Shown in pieces: positions 44,599-56,101 of a stretch of DNA of 64,000 nt. Origin of the DNA: a virus (taxonomy: Duplodnaviria > Caudoviricetes); the IMG/VR virus record IMGVR_UViG_3300050336_000035, positions 64,001 through 128,000 of that record; one strand, given 5' to 3'. The notes under the pieces were generated by a model that did no database searches, was not told the DNA's origin, and saw only the letters and a program-made list of their open reading frames with translations. The stretch's first letter is position 1. The number at the start of each line of letters is the position of its first letter. The position numbers and the translations under genes were made by a program.

Positions 44599-45177
44599 GT
44601 GGTGATAATAATAGCAAAAACAGAAATGACATTAAATCTAGAAAAAGAATTGTATTCAAGTACAAACAAAATGGGCGTGTTTGGTTGTTTTGAAGTTACT
44701 ATAGGTTGGTATGGCAAAGAACGTGTTGATTATATTACATATGATACTAAAGGGGTTTGGCGTTGTTATGAAATAAAAGTGTCTAAAGCAGACTTTCATA
44801 GTAAGGCAAAGAAAACATTTGTTGGACATTTTAATTATTATGTTATGCCAAGAGAATTATATGAGGAAGTTAAAGACGAAATACCGAAACATATAGGTGT
44901 ACATATTGGTAGTGGTTGTATAAAGAATGCAAAGAGACAAGAATTATCTGTTGATGAGAAAATATTAAAAGATTCTTTAATACGTTCATTGTGTCGAGAT
45001 GCAGAAAAAATTTATACTTCAGAAAATGTTAATTATATTAATAGACTTAAAAAACAAATATCAAATCTTGAAAAAGAAAGTAAAGAATGGAGAAAAGACT
45101 ACTACGATTTATATAAAAAAGTTAGAGAATTGTATGGTAGAGATTGGGATAAGGATTTGATTAATTTTGATGAGTAG
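44599..45177 (+). CDS. MmcB-like PD-(D/E)xK nuclease
   Basis: E...RVD......YEIKVSKADF...NYYV.P. Confidence 0.7.
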   Translation: MVIIIAKTEMTLNLEKELYSSTNKMGVFGCFEVTIGWYGKERVDYITYDTKGVWRCYEIKVSKADFHSKAKKTFVGHFNYYVMPRELYEEVKDEIPKHIGVHIGSGCIKNAKRQELSVDEKILKDSLIRSLCRDAEKIYTSENVNYINRLKKQISNLEKESKEWRKDYYDLYKKVRELYGRDWDKDLINFDE

Positions 45178-46648
45178 GACTATAATTATGAATAGAAAAA
45201 CACTAATAAACATACTCAATAATTATGATGGAATTGTAGCAAAAGAAGTATCTAAAGAAGAATATGATAATTTAATCATAGAAGATACTATACCCGTTTT
45301 AGATGATATCAAAGGTATAATAATTAAGAAATCTTATTATCCAGATTATGAAGGTTGTAAGTGGTTGATTACATACAAGATATTGGCTGAAATAAAAGTA
45401 AAGAGTTTATAAAATCGGGGTTCTGTTGTGTTTTTAGATATTAAAATAATATTTGACAATTCTCAAACTTGATATTATAATTATCTTGAGGTGATAAAAT
45501 TCATCAACTTAAAGAGAGGAAAAAATATGTTTAAAAAACTTAAAGAATGGATTTTAAATAAAATACTCAAAAGAGACTATACAATGACTTATGTTATGGG
45601 TGTAGATATTTATGGTACAGAATATGGCTATAAGAAAGAAGGATATAGAGATAAAAGTGGTCAAATTCACATTAGTAAAGTTACACTCTTTGAATAAATC
45701 AGCAATTCTATGATAAATAAAGGAGAATTTTTATGATTAATTGTAATGCAGAATGTAAATATGAGTGTAATGGAGAATGTATTTTACATCCAGACAAAAT
45801 AAAACTTGTAATAAGAAAATATAGTGATGATTTTAAAAAACAATATTTAGAATGTGATTCTCAAATTCTTGAAGATAGAGACATGGGAATTAGATAAAAT
45901 CAAACTTCTATGATGATTGGAGAAAAAACATGAATGATATAATAATAAGTTTACTTAAAGAAAAGATAGATTATTATTCTCATAATGCTAAATTGTTATA
46001 TGATGATTATAAATATTACTGTTATGTTAAGGCTTTACGTCAGGAACTATACAGCACATTAAAAATTAGAAATGAATTCAAAAGAGCATTAAAAGAATAT
46101 AAGAAACTATTACATAATGTACAGATAGAAAAGTATAAAAAAGCAATAAAAGAATATAGAGAACATCCAGACAAATATGCAGAAGATATTTTGGGAGTAA
46201 AGCTATATCCATATCAAAAAGAAATATTAAAATATTTTTATAAAGCAAGATAGAAAACTTAATTCATCACAAATTGAAAGGAAAACAAAATGAATAATAA
46301 TTTACCTTGCGAAGATAATGATTGTGCATATTATAAAATGGATTACCAAGATAGAACTTATTGTAGTAAGAAAAATAGATTCATAGATAATGAAACAGGT
46401 GAATGCGAATATTTTACGCCTTCTCAAACTTGTGATTTGTGCAAACATTCTTATATGAAAGTCTATGAAACTGGTTCTATAGATGATATTGAATATTATT
46501 GTAAATTACAAAATGGGAAATTAATATATGATGATTTAAGTCCTTATATGATAAATTTTGCAGATTTTCCTAAATGTAATATAAACAAATTTGAAAAGAA
46601 GGACTGAATCAATTCACCATTTTAATCACTTTTAGAAAGGAGGTAATT

Positions 46649-47086
46649 ATGTCTGAGGAAAGTTTAAAACTTAGTAAAACAAGAAAAGAATATTGTGAAT
46701 ACATATATTATAGAATACTAAATAAATTAAAAGAAGCCAATGAACATCAATTACTAGCTTTTGCTATGTTAGGTATGCATTTATGCTTAAGACAATCTGA
46801 TATTCTTAAATTAAAATGGGAACAAATTGATTTTGAAAATATGAAAATAAACAATGTGCATCTTCTTAAAGGTGGTTACATTGGCTCTCTTGATTTAGAA
46901 ATTAGATTGGTTAGTGCTTTAAAGAAATGGTATGAAAATACTGATGACAAAACAATGATATTTCCTAAATTAAAAAGATATGAAACAGGAAATAAAATTG
47001 GTGAGTTAATAGGAGATACAACATTTAATAATCACGATTTAAGAAGTATTGGTTTATGTTTAAAATTGCAAGGGGTTATATATTAG
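46649..47086 (+). CDS. Truncated tyrosine recombinase catalytic-domain protein
   Basis: LCLRQSDILKLKWEQID (box I Arg) and HDLR; ends about 14 aa later without the canonical H/W...Y segment; no core-binding domain. Confidence 0.75.
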   Translation: MSEESLKLSKTRKEYCEYIYYRILNKLKEANEHQLLAFAMLGMHLCLRQSDILKLKWEQIDFENMKINNVHLLKGGYIGSLDLEIRLVSALKKWYENTDDKTMIFPKLKRYETGNKIGELIGDTTFNNHDLRSIGLCLKLQGVIY

Positions 47087-47315
47087 CATGAAAATATCTT
47101 TTATTTAAAAAAGAGGAGTAATATAAAAATGTTAAATGTTGATAAAAATATAATTAATTTTATAAATAGTGATGAATATAAGTGGTATAAAGATGGTACA
47201 AAAAATGGAATTTGGATTGGATTATTTTTAGGGTTTTGGCTTGGAATGTTAATGATGACTATATTAGTTATAATAGGATTCTTTAAATAAAACTACTCTT
47301 CTAAACACATTTTTA

Positions 47316-48203
47316 TTGAAAGGATTGAAGAAAATATCTAAATATAAATATAATGATTATCACAAAGAGATAAATGGAAAAGAATATAAAAAATGTACAT
47401 TACATAATGAGTACTTTCCTAATGATTCTGAATGGTTTATTTGTTCATCTGATTTTTTCTTTGTTAACAAAACAAACAAGACCGATGGGTTATATCCCTA
47501 TTGTAAAAAATGTTCAAGTAAAAAATATATGAAATGGGAGAAAGAACATCCTGAAGAATATTTAGCACATAATTTCAGACAAAATCGAAGAAAAGAAAAA
47601 ATAGAAGCAAGAAGAAAAATATCTCAGCAACGAAGAGAAAATGGTTACTATGATGATTATTTTGAATTGAATCCAGAAAAGAAAAAACAATATGCTGAAA
47701 ATCATCGAGACCATGATATAACAAATGCAGAATGGATAGCTAATAAAAACTTTTTTAAAAATGAAAATGGGGAATGGGTATGTGCCTATTGTGGAATGAC
47801 AGAAAAGGAACATAAGACTATTAGAAGAGAGCAACTTCACAAAGAACATGTTGAACACAATGGATATAATGATGTAAGAAATTGTGTTCCTGCTTGTTAC
47901 ACTTGTAACTCTAGTAAATGGCAATATGACATGGAAACTTGGTATAGAGAACAAACATTCTTTAACGAAGATAATCTTGCTAAAATAAAACTTTGGTGTT
48001 CAAATGAATATAAAAAATATATTGAAGATAAACCACCATATATTATAAAACGAAGTAGAGTAAATGATGATAATGGCAAATATCATTATGAATATAATTT
48101 ATGGACTGTTGATGTAATGAGAAATATAGTTGAAATAATTTATACAGGTAATAAGAAAAAGGATATGATTAATTACATAAACAATAATAAATTAGAAAAT
48201 TGA
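47316..48203 (+). CDS. HNH endonuclease
   Basis: CAYCG...HKEH...N.VRNCVPACYTCNSSK. Confidence 0.85.
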   Translation: MKGLKKISKYKYNDYHKEINGKEYKKCTLHNEYFPNDSEWFICSSDFFFVNKTNKTDGLYPYCKKCSSKKYMKWEKEHPEEYLAHNFRQNRRKEKIEARRKISQQRRENGYYDDYFELNPEKKKQYAENHRDHDITNAEWIANKNFFKNENGEWVCAYCGMTEKEHKTIRREQLHKEHVEHNGYNDVRNCVPACYTCNSSKWQYDMETWYREQTFFNEDNLAKIKLWCSNEYKKYIEDKPPYIIKRSRVNDDNGKYHYEYNLWTVDVMRNIVEIIYTGNKKKDMINYINNNKLEN

Positions 48204-50276
48204 AACATAGGCGTAGAGCCTATTCTACGCCTTAAAAAACATGATGAAACATGAAATTCATGCTGTTATTGGAAGGAATTAAATTATGAGTTATGTCAAT
48301 GATTATCAAAAGAAGCGCAAAGATGAATATTTAGAACAGGGTTATGATTTAGCACAAGCTAATATTAAATTTAAACGTTGGATGCAAAATCACACTACTA
48401 AACAAAAGAAAGTATTTAAAAGAAATGGATTAAAATATATTTATGTTAATTATACACCTTATATAGATTCTGGATGCGAAAAGTGGTATGTAGATATTGA
48501 TTATAATACAAATATATGCTATCTATATCATAAAAATAGAGAAAATGGAACATATCATTTTCAACAAGAATTCAACAAAGGTAAATTTATTACTGATAAT
48601 TTGATTAATATTTGTAATTATATATGGGGACATTCAAATAAACATATTCAAAAAGATTTTAATAACACATTAAGAGATAAATTATATAAAGCAGGAATTG
48701 AAGAAACACTATTGAGTTAATATGAAATTGGACTTTCATTTGGTTTATTTAGTTATGATATAAAAAAAATAATTTTTTAATATGAAAGGGAAGAAAATAA
48801 TGAAAGAGATTTTAACAACTTTTGGTTTACCTATTTTAACTGGTATATTTGCATTTTTAGGTTCTATATACAAAAGTAGAATTGACTTAAAAAAGCAAAT
48901 AGATTTAAACAATGCAGAATTAGAAAAAGTACGTGAGCAATGCAATAACGAAATCGAAAAAATCAAGGCACAAGCCGAGACTCAAGCACAATTATATGAA
49001 AAGAATGCACAAACCGACATAACAACTACTTTTATGAATACTTTATTTAAGAATCCAAAAATTTCAAATACTATTAATGATTTTATGATTAAAGAAATGA
49101 ATAAATCATTTTTGTCAAAATAAAACCCTTGCTACATAAGGGTTTCAGAACACAAAAATGTGATGAAATGGATATTTTATAATGAGGTTAATTTAATTAT
49201 GGATAATAAAGAAAAAGAAAAAATTAAGAAATTTGCAGAAGCTTTATTTGATAAAAGAATGTTAGAAATATTAAAACCCTATCAATATAATCAGAAGATT
49301 TGTAAATTTATTGAAATTAAAAATATAAAATAAAAGAATAATTAGTGAGGATATATGAATTTACATAAGTTTTTTATAGATAAAATAAATGAAGAAATAT
49401 ATAAAGCTCTAGGAGTTAGTGACTCATTGTTTGTGTCAACATCAGCAACAACCACTAATAATTGTGCCGTGTCAATAGAAGAAATAAAACTAGCATTAGA
49501 AAATGTAAGACCTGAACATGCAGTTTTACTTAGTAATTATGCTCCACATGGAACTGATATTTTTGAAATCGAGAATCCTTTGCCAGATAAATATTTCTGT
49601 AAAAAATTACTTTTACTAAATGCAGATTGTTATGAATCTTTGCTTAAGAAAATTTTAGAAGAATATAACTGTGATATAAAAGTTTATAGATAAAATTATG
49701 TTTTGGTCATATTATTAGAAAGGAAATTTTTAAATGAAAAATATTGAAGAAGTAAGGAAAATTTGCGGTCATTATTGGAATAAGCCAGAGTATAAACCAC
49801 AGTTAAATGAACATAGATGTCATCATATTGCTGGTAATAGTTGCCCAAATAGTTTTAAAGATTGCCCATTATACAAATTAGTTCAAAAAAATATTATAAA
49901 ATAATAGATTCATTATGAAATGAGGTAACTATGAGAAAACCATTTAGAGATATTATTGATATGCCTGAATATCAAGCAGGAATGGAAGATGGTTGGGAGA
50001 CTTTAAAAGATGTATCTAAGTTAGATAAATTCTATATTAAGGGTTTAGTTAAATGGTACGTCTGTAAAACACCTAAAGGAAAAACATTTAAATTTGCTTA
50101 TAAAGACACACCGAAAGGCAGGATGTGGATTAAATTTAAGTTTGATTAATTGATGTTAATATAATATATTTGACAATATTATGTCCCTATGTTATACTAA
50201 TATTGTAATGAAAGGGGTGATGCTATATGCTCTATCCAAGCATGACTAATATTAATTAAACGAAGGAGATGGTGAA

Positions 50277-50942
50277 GTGAAAAAACTTATAACTTTAGCT
50301 TTATGCACAGGGGTATTTATTATCAGTATTTGGTCATATAATTCTAATGTACAGAGTGCTAAAATTACAAGCTACGAAACACAAAAAGAAATTGATGCAT
50401 TAAAATTTGAAAAAGGAAAACAATTACTTAAATCTATTCAGGAAGAGAAAAGAAAAGAAGTAATAAATAATAAAATAATACAAGCGCAAATACAAGTACA
50501 AAAAGAAATTCCACTATATGACATACCACTTAATATTGATATACAAAAATACATATACAAAATTAGCAAAGAAAAAAATATACCCCATGAATTAATATTG
50601 GGTGTAATAAAAACTGAAAGTGATTTTAGACCTAATCAAACACATAAAAATAAAAATGGAAGCATAGATATTGGACTTATGCAGGTAAACTCGTGTCACG
50701 TTGATATATGTAAAGAATTAGGTATAACCAACTTATATGACCCTTATCAAAACATCAAAATAGGAGCAACATTATTAGCAAACATCTATAATAGTTACCC
50801 AAACATACATAAAGCGATGATGGTTTATAATATGGGACTTGGAGGAGCTAGGCGAAATTGGAAAGTAGGCAGGAGTAGTACTGATTATAGTAGAAAAGTA
50901 GTAAATAATATTAATATAATTTTAGCTTGTAAGCAGGAGTAA
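50277..50942 (+). CDS. Lytic transglycosylase (SLT domain) with N-terminal signal/anchor
   Basis: I.TES.F, D.GLMQVN, DP..NI..G..L, YN.G. Confidence 0.88.
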   Translation: MKKLITLALCTGVFIISIWSYNSNVQSAKITSYETQKEIDALKFEKGKQLLKSIQEEKRKEVINNKIIQAQIQVQKEIPLYDIPLNIDIQKYIYKISKEKNIPHELILGVIKTESDFRPNQTHKNKNGSIDIGLMQVNSCHVDICKELGITNLYDPYQNIKIGATLLANIYNSYPNIHKAMMVYNMGLGGARRNWKVGRSSTDYSRKVVNNINIILACKQE

Positions 50943-51535
50943 TAAAACATATGATACGATTGGAACTATGCACTTATACCAGTTGCCCAAAATCTAAAGA
51001 ATGTTATAGAACTGTTGCCGAAATTGGAATTAACGGTTTTGCAAACTTTAAAAATATTTGTGGTGACTGGAATAATTATAAATATTATTATGAAATAGGT
51101 GATAAGCCTACAAGAAAGGAGGAATTAGAAAATTGACAAATATAAATAGATACATATCTGCACAAGAGAAAAATAATACAGAAGAAAAATGTAAAAAAGA
51201 ATTTATTCAATTCAAGAAAATGCTAAGAAATTTTGAAGATTTAATAGACCATTGGTATGATGAAAAGTGTGAAATTGATAATTCATACAAAAATCATTTA
51301 AATGACGAAATTTCTTACGAAGTCGCTAAAAACAAGGCTTGTAACCCTTGTGACTGTAAGGACACAAATGCAATAAAAGATGCATTTCATGAAAAATTAG
51401 ATTTAACCAATATTAGGAAGCAGTTTCTTGATTCATATCGTGGTGATATTCCAGATGAATCATTAAATTGGATTTACAAAACATTTGCATACATAGAAGT
51501 TAATATTAATAATATAATTTCAAAGGAGTAAATAC

Positions 51536-53998
51536 ATGGCTGAAATGAAAGTGGCAAAAAGAAAAAAGGGTAAAATAAACTCAACTGATTTAAATTTATT
51601 AGTTGAATCTACTACACAAGAAGAAATATTTGAATATGATAAAAATAGAATAATACATACTTTACAAGAAGAAATTGATTGTCCAAATGATATAGCTATT
51701 AAAGTAGCAGATATAGTTACAGAAAGATTAAATGCAACTAATACCAAAATACTTACACCATCATTAATAAGAAGTTTTGTTAATGTAGTACTCTGTGAAT
51801 ATGGCTTTGATAAACAACTTAAATCTAATTCAGAAATTACTATATCAACTAACGATGTAGAATCCTTAATCTTTAATAAGAATAAAGAAAACGGTAATAC
51901 TCCACATAATCCTGAAAGTATTAACTTAGCTTTAGCAGGTTTAGTTATTAAACAATATACTTTGAAAAAGATACTTCCAAAACATTTAAGGCAAGCACAT
52001 CTACAAGGTGATATACACATTCACGATATGGATATGTATGATAGATTATATTGTTCAGGACATAATCCAGAATATATCAAACGTAATGGAATAAAGAATA
52101 TGGATAATATTCCTAATGATAGCAAACCTGCTAACTCTGCATGGGTAGTAGCTAGACATATGGCATCTGCTACATTATTCTATACTTCGCTTTTTGCAGG
52201 TGCAATAGGTTGGGATTCTGTAAATATGTTTCTTGCTCCATATACTAGAGGATGGGATTATAAAAAATATAAACAATTAGCACAAACACTGATATTTGAT
52301 TTTGCTCAGTTAGCAGGTGCAAAAGGGGGGCAGGTATCTTTTACTGATTTTAATATTTATGCAAATGTTCCACAATTTTATAAAGATACTTATGCTGTAG
52401 GTAAAAATGGTTGTTACATGGTGGAAGATTCTGATGATATTATTCACTATATTTATAATAAATCCGAAGCTGAATTATTTGCTCAAGAAAATAACTATAA
52501 AATACTTACATATAAAGATTTTGAAACTGAGTCACAATATATATGTAAAGCTTTATTAGAAGTATCTAAAGAAGGTGATTCTAGGGGTATGCCATTTGGA
52601 TTTCCTAAGTTGCACTTCCATATAAATAATGAAGTTTTTGAACATGAAAGCTCAAAAGAATTGTATAAATATGCTTGTGAAGTATTAAGTTTACAAGGAA
52701 ATCCATATATAGATTTTGATAGGAACGCCGCATCAATGTCACAATGTTGTAGATTAGTTATTGAATTTGATAATTCTGATATGGAGCTTACAAAAACTCC
52801 TGAAGAATTACGCTTTGTTGGAGGAGAAAATGTATCTATAAATCTTCCAAATATTCCATTGATGTGTAGTAATGATGAAGTTAAAATATTCGCAGAAATT
52901 AAACGTAGAATTGACATGGCTGTTGAAGCTCATAAAATCAAACTGGAGTATATTAAATCTATAGTTGAAGTTGAAGGTAGTCCATTAAAATTTTACAAAG
53001 AAGGCTGTGATGAAAAACCTTATGTTAGATTTGATAAAATATCTTGGCTTATAGGTATGGTTGGTTTAAATGAATGTATTTATAATTTGACTGGCAAACA
53101 GCTACATGAAAGTAAATCCGCTTATATTAAAGGATTAGAAATAATTTCATTTATGAATCAGTATTGTAAAGAATTATCTAAAAAACATAATATGAAGTTT
53201 ATTTTGGAAGAAACCCCCGCAGAGTCTACCGCAGGAAGATTTGCAAAACTTGATAGAAAAAAGTATGGAGATAAAACATTTGTTAAAGAAAATGATTATG
53301 GTTTTTATTACAGTAATAGTATTCATTTTGCTGTTGATGCTAAGATAGATTATATTGATGAGTTACAATATCAGTCCAAATTTCATAGTTTAGTTGAAGC
53401 AGGCTCAATGATTCATGTTTGGGTTGGAGATAAAAGACCTTCTCCTAAAGCTATTTCAGACTTAATATATAAAGTTTGGAAGAACACAAAATGTACAGAA
53501 ATGACTATATCTCCAAATAAAACTGTATGTAATAACTGTAAAACAACTGTAGATGGATTTCATGATTTTTGTCCAAAATGTAATAATACAAATGTATTTT
53601 GGATAGCAAGAATTACTGGATATCAGGTTAGAGTCGATAAATTTAACGCTAGTAAACTTGCAGAGTTGTTTGATAGAAATAATCATGATATTGAAAATGA
53701 TAATTTATCAATTAATTTTCTAGAAAATGATGTACCAGAAACCAATGATATTAAAATATACTCTTTACCAAATTGCCCTAATTGTAGAAAGATTAAAACT
53801 TATTGCAAAACAAATGATATTATTTTTACCGAATTCAATACTGAAAATGATTTTAAAGCAAGAGCTAGAATAATTGCTGAAGGACTAGAAAACTTTCCAA
53901 TAATCCAACTAGGTAATAAATTTATAGAGTATGATTTTAATAAGGACTCAGAAATAAAAGAAATAATAAAGGAATATAATAATTGTTTAAATCAGTAG
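51536..53998 (+). CDS. nrdD: Anaerobic (class III) ribonucleotide reductase with ATP cone and fused C-terminal glutaredoxin/NrdH domain
   Basis: H..GDIHIHD, YC, SQCCRL, ETPAEST, CxxC..CxxC, RITGY glycyl loop, then IYSLPNCPNC...FP.I Grx domain. Confidence 0.93.
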   Translation: MAEMKVAKRKKGKINSTDLNLLVESTTQEEIFEYDKNRIIHTLQEEIDCPNDIAIKVADIVTERLNATNTKILTPSLIRSFVNVVLCEYGFDKQLKSNSEITISTNDVESLIFNKNKENGNTPHNPESINLALAGLVIKQYTLKKILPKHLRQAHLQGDIHIHDMDMYDRLYCSGHNPEYIKRNGIKNMDNIPNDSKPANSAWVVARHMASATLFYTSLFAGAIGWDSVNMFLAPYTRGWDYKKYKQLAQTLIFDFAQLAGAKGGQVSFTDFNIYANVPQFYKDTYAVGKNGCYMVEDSDDIIHYIYNKSEAELFAQENNYKILTYKDFETESQYICKALLEVSKEGDSRGMPFGFPKLHFHINNEVFEHESSKELYKYACEVLSLQGNPYIDFDRNAASMSQCCRLVIEFDNSDMELTKTPEELRFVGGENVSINLPNIPLMCSNDEVKIFAEIKRRIDMAVEAHKIKLEYIKSIVEVEGSPLKFYKEGCDEKPYVRFDKISWLIGMVGLNECIYNLTGKQLHESKSAYIKGLEIISFMNQYCKELSKKHNMKFILEETPAESTAGRFAKLDRKKYGDKTFVKENDYGFYYSNSIHFAVDAKIDYIDELQYQSKFHSLVEAGSMIHVWVGDKRPSPKAISDLIYKVWKNTKCTEMTISPNKTVCNNCKTTVDGFHDFCPKCNNTNVFWIARITGYQVRVDKFNASKLAELFDRNNHDIENDNLSINFLENDVPETNDIKIYSLPNCPNCRKIKTYCKTNDIIFTEFNTENDFKARARIIAEGLENFPIIQLGNKFIEYDFNKDSEIKEIIKEYNNCLNQ

Positions 53999-54654
53999 TA
54001 TGGAGTTCTACTATTGATTACCCCAATCAAGTATCAACCGTATTATTTGTTGGTACTTGTAATTGGGATTGTAAATTCTGTTATAATCGTAATTTAATCA
54101 ATAATGAGTCCATTGATTTTAATACACAAATACTACCAAGATTAATTAATAGGAAAGAATTTATTAATCATGTTGTTATAAGTGGTGGAGAATGTACATG
54201 TTATAAAGAATTATTAACCATTCTTAATATACTAAAAGAAAAGGGTTTTATTGTTGGTATACATACAAACGGAAGCAATCCAAATATTTTGGCTCAATTA
54301 ATAAATAAAATTGATTTTATTGGTATGGATATTAAAACAGGTAGTTGGAATAGTTATGAAAGTATTACTAATACTGAAATAGCTATGCACGATATTATAG
54401 ATTCTATTTATATGATTATAAAATCTAATAAGGAATATGAGTTTAGGACTACTGTTTATCCTCCCTATGTCAATTTAAAAGATTGTGTTAATATAGCTCA
54501 GTTACTAAAAAACATTAAAGCTGATAAGTATATTTTACAACAATTTGATAATTCATTTGATAAAAGTGTAGTAGAACCTTATTCAATAAAATATCTAAAC
54601 GAAATAAAAGAAGAGTGTAACAAAATAATTCCAACATTTATTAAAGGATGGTGA
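53983..54654 (+). CDS. nrdG: Anaerobic RNR activating radical-SAM enzyme
   Basis: STIDYP, CNWDCKFC, SGGE, HTNG, MDIK, EFRTTV. Confidence 0.9.
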   Translation: MFKSVVWSSTIDYPNQVSTVLFVGTCNWDCKFCYNRNLINNESIDFNTQILPRLINRKEFINHVVISGGECTCYKELLTILNILKEKGFIVGIHTNGSNPNILAQLINKIDFIGMDIKTGSWNSYESITNTEIAMHDIIDSIYMIIKSNKEYEFRTTVYPPYVNLKDCVNIAQLLKNIKADKYILQQFDNSFDKSVVEPYSIKYLNEIKEECNKIIPTFIKGW

Positions 54655-54857
54655 TAAACATTTTAAATATTGATAAAAATCCTAATGAACAAGAATATAA
54701 AGAAATTACTGCTGATGTAATAGCATGTGATGGATATTGTCCTTGTGTACCTAAAGAGAAAAGAAATAATAATACAAAATGCATATGTAAAGAATTTAAA
54801 GAACAAGATTTTGAAGGTTATTGCCATTGTGGTAGATTTTATAAGCATGAAGTATAA
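54648..54857 (+). CDS. Ferredoxin:thioredoxin reductase catalytic-subunit-like protein
   Basis: GYCPC...CIC...GYCHCG.F motif set. Confidence 0.8.
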   Translation: MVINILNIDKNPNEQEYKEITADVIACDGYCPCVPKEKRNNNTKCICKEFKEQDFEGYCHCGRFYKHEV

Positions 54858-54875
54858 AAAATAAGGAGAAAAATA

Positions 54876-55394
54876 ATGAGAAAAGAAATAGAAATTTTTG
54901 TAGAAGTTTTAGACGATTCAATAGACTTACCTACATATGCACATGACGATGATTCAGGTATGGATGTTAGAGCATCAGAGGATGTAATTATTAACCCAAA
55001 TGAAACAGTAATAATACCTACTGGATTAAAAGTAGCTATTCCTGATGGATATGAAATACAGGTACGTCCACGTTCAGGAGTTTCACTCAAAACCCCACTT
55101 AGAATATCTAATTCTATAGGAACTATTGATTCAGGATACAGAGATGAAATAGGAGTTATTATAACAAATACATCAGATATATCATTATCTACAGATAGTA
55201 TTACAAGTTGCTATTTTGCAAGAAGTATTGAAGATAAGGGAAATAAACAAGGCTCTTATGTAATCCATAAAGGTGATAGAATAGCTCAACTTATATTACA
55301 AGAAGTTCCTAAAATGAAATTCACAAAAGTCACATCGGTAAAAGATATCGGAAGCAATAGGGGAGGCGGGTTCGGCTCTTCTGGAACTAAGTAG
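54876..55394 (+). CDS. dut: dUTPase (trimeric)
   Basis: GMD, PTG, RPRSG, GTID.GYR.EI, GDRIAQ, RG.GGFGSSG. Confidence 0.95.
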   Translation: MRKEIEIFVEVLDDSIDLPTYAHDDDSGMDVRASEDVIINPNETVIIPTGLKVAIPDGYEIQVRPRSGVSLKTPLRISNSIGTIDSGYRDEIGVIITNTSDISLSTDSITSCYFARSIEDKGNKQGSYVIHKGDRIAQLILQEVPKMKFTKVTSVKDIGSNRGGGFGSSGTK

Positions 55395-55531
55395 TCACAT
55401 CTAAATAAGTTAATAGGGGTTAGGTGATTAAATTATTGATAACCCCTATTAATCCTACCTTATTAAATAGGTTATTTAACAATAGTATTTGTAAATTTTT
55501 AAAATATATGTATTTCAAAGGAGAAATATTT

Positions 55532-55705
55532 ATGGCAATATACAATTATTTTTGTACAAAATGTGGAGATATTCAATTAGAAAAGAAAATGTCAGAGCCA
55601 GATTATAAAATTTGTCCTTTCTGTAATTCATCACTAGAAAGAGTTAATGGAGCTTATTTTAATTTAATGTTTAATGGTAGCTATAATAATTTAAATAAGA
55701 AGTAG
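55532..55705 (+). CDS. FmdB-like Zn-ribbon protein
   Basis: SD AAGGAG; MAIYNYFCTKCG...CPFC. Confidence 0.65.
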   Translation: MAIYNYFCTKCGDIQLEKKMSEPDYKICPFCNSSLERVNGAYFNLMFNGSYNNLNKK

Positions 55706-55714
55706 GAGGTAAAA

Positions 55715-56080
55715 ATGGAAAACTGTGAACTGTGTAAAACAATTACTAATGAACAAATATTTAAAAATACAAGTATTAGGAAAATAGATATTAATACCTA
55801 TGATTTAATAGCATGGGAACTAATTGGTTTTAATAATGACGAAAAATATCAAGAACTTTATGCTATTCCTATTAAATGTTGTCCTGAGTGTGGTGATAGA
55901 CTAGGAGATAAATCAATAGAAGAACTTGATTTTACCGTTCGTACATATAATTGTTTAAAAAGAGTAGGAATAAACTTCCTGAGTGAATTACAGCAAAAAA
56001 CTTATGATGACCTCATTCAAATAAGAAATTGTGGTCAATCAAATATAAACGAAATTAGGGAAGTATTAAAGAGATATTAA
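55715..56080 (+). CDS. Zn-ribbon protein fused to an RNA polymerase alpha C-terminal-domain-like module
   Basis: SIEELDFTVRTYNCLKRVGIN...L..IRNCG....EI..VL matches the alpha-CTD signature. Confidence 0.85.
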   Translation: MENCELCKTITNEQIFKNTSIRKIDINTYDLIAWELIGFNNDEKYQELYAIPIKCCPECGDRLGDKSIEELDFTVRTYNCLKRVGINFLSELQQKTYDDLIQIRNCGQSNINEIREVLKRY

Positions 56081-56101
56081 TATAAATTAGAAAGGATAAT
56101 T

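Noticed and set aside
45930-46253. Terminase large subunit
   Set aside because: Only a short C-terminal stretch (HPDKYAEDILGVKLYPYQKEIL) resembles a terminase N-terminus; there are no ATPase or nuclease motifs.
22182-55090. Many minus-strand or nested ORFs in the track (e.g. 22182, 22401, 30018, 32530, 35403, 47562, 51520, 52495, 54839)
   Set aside because: They are shadow ORFs antisense to well-supported genes and have no recognisable motifs.
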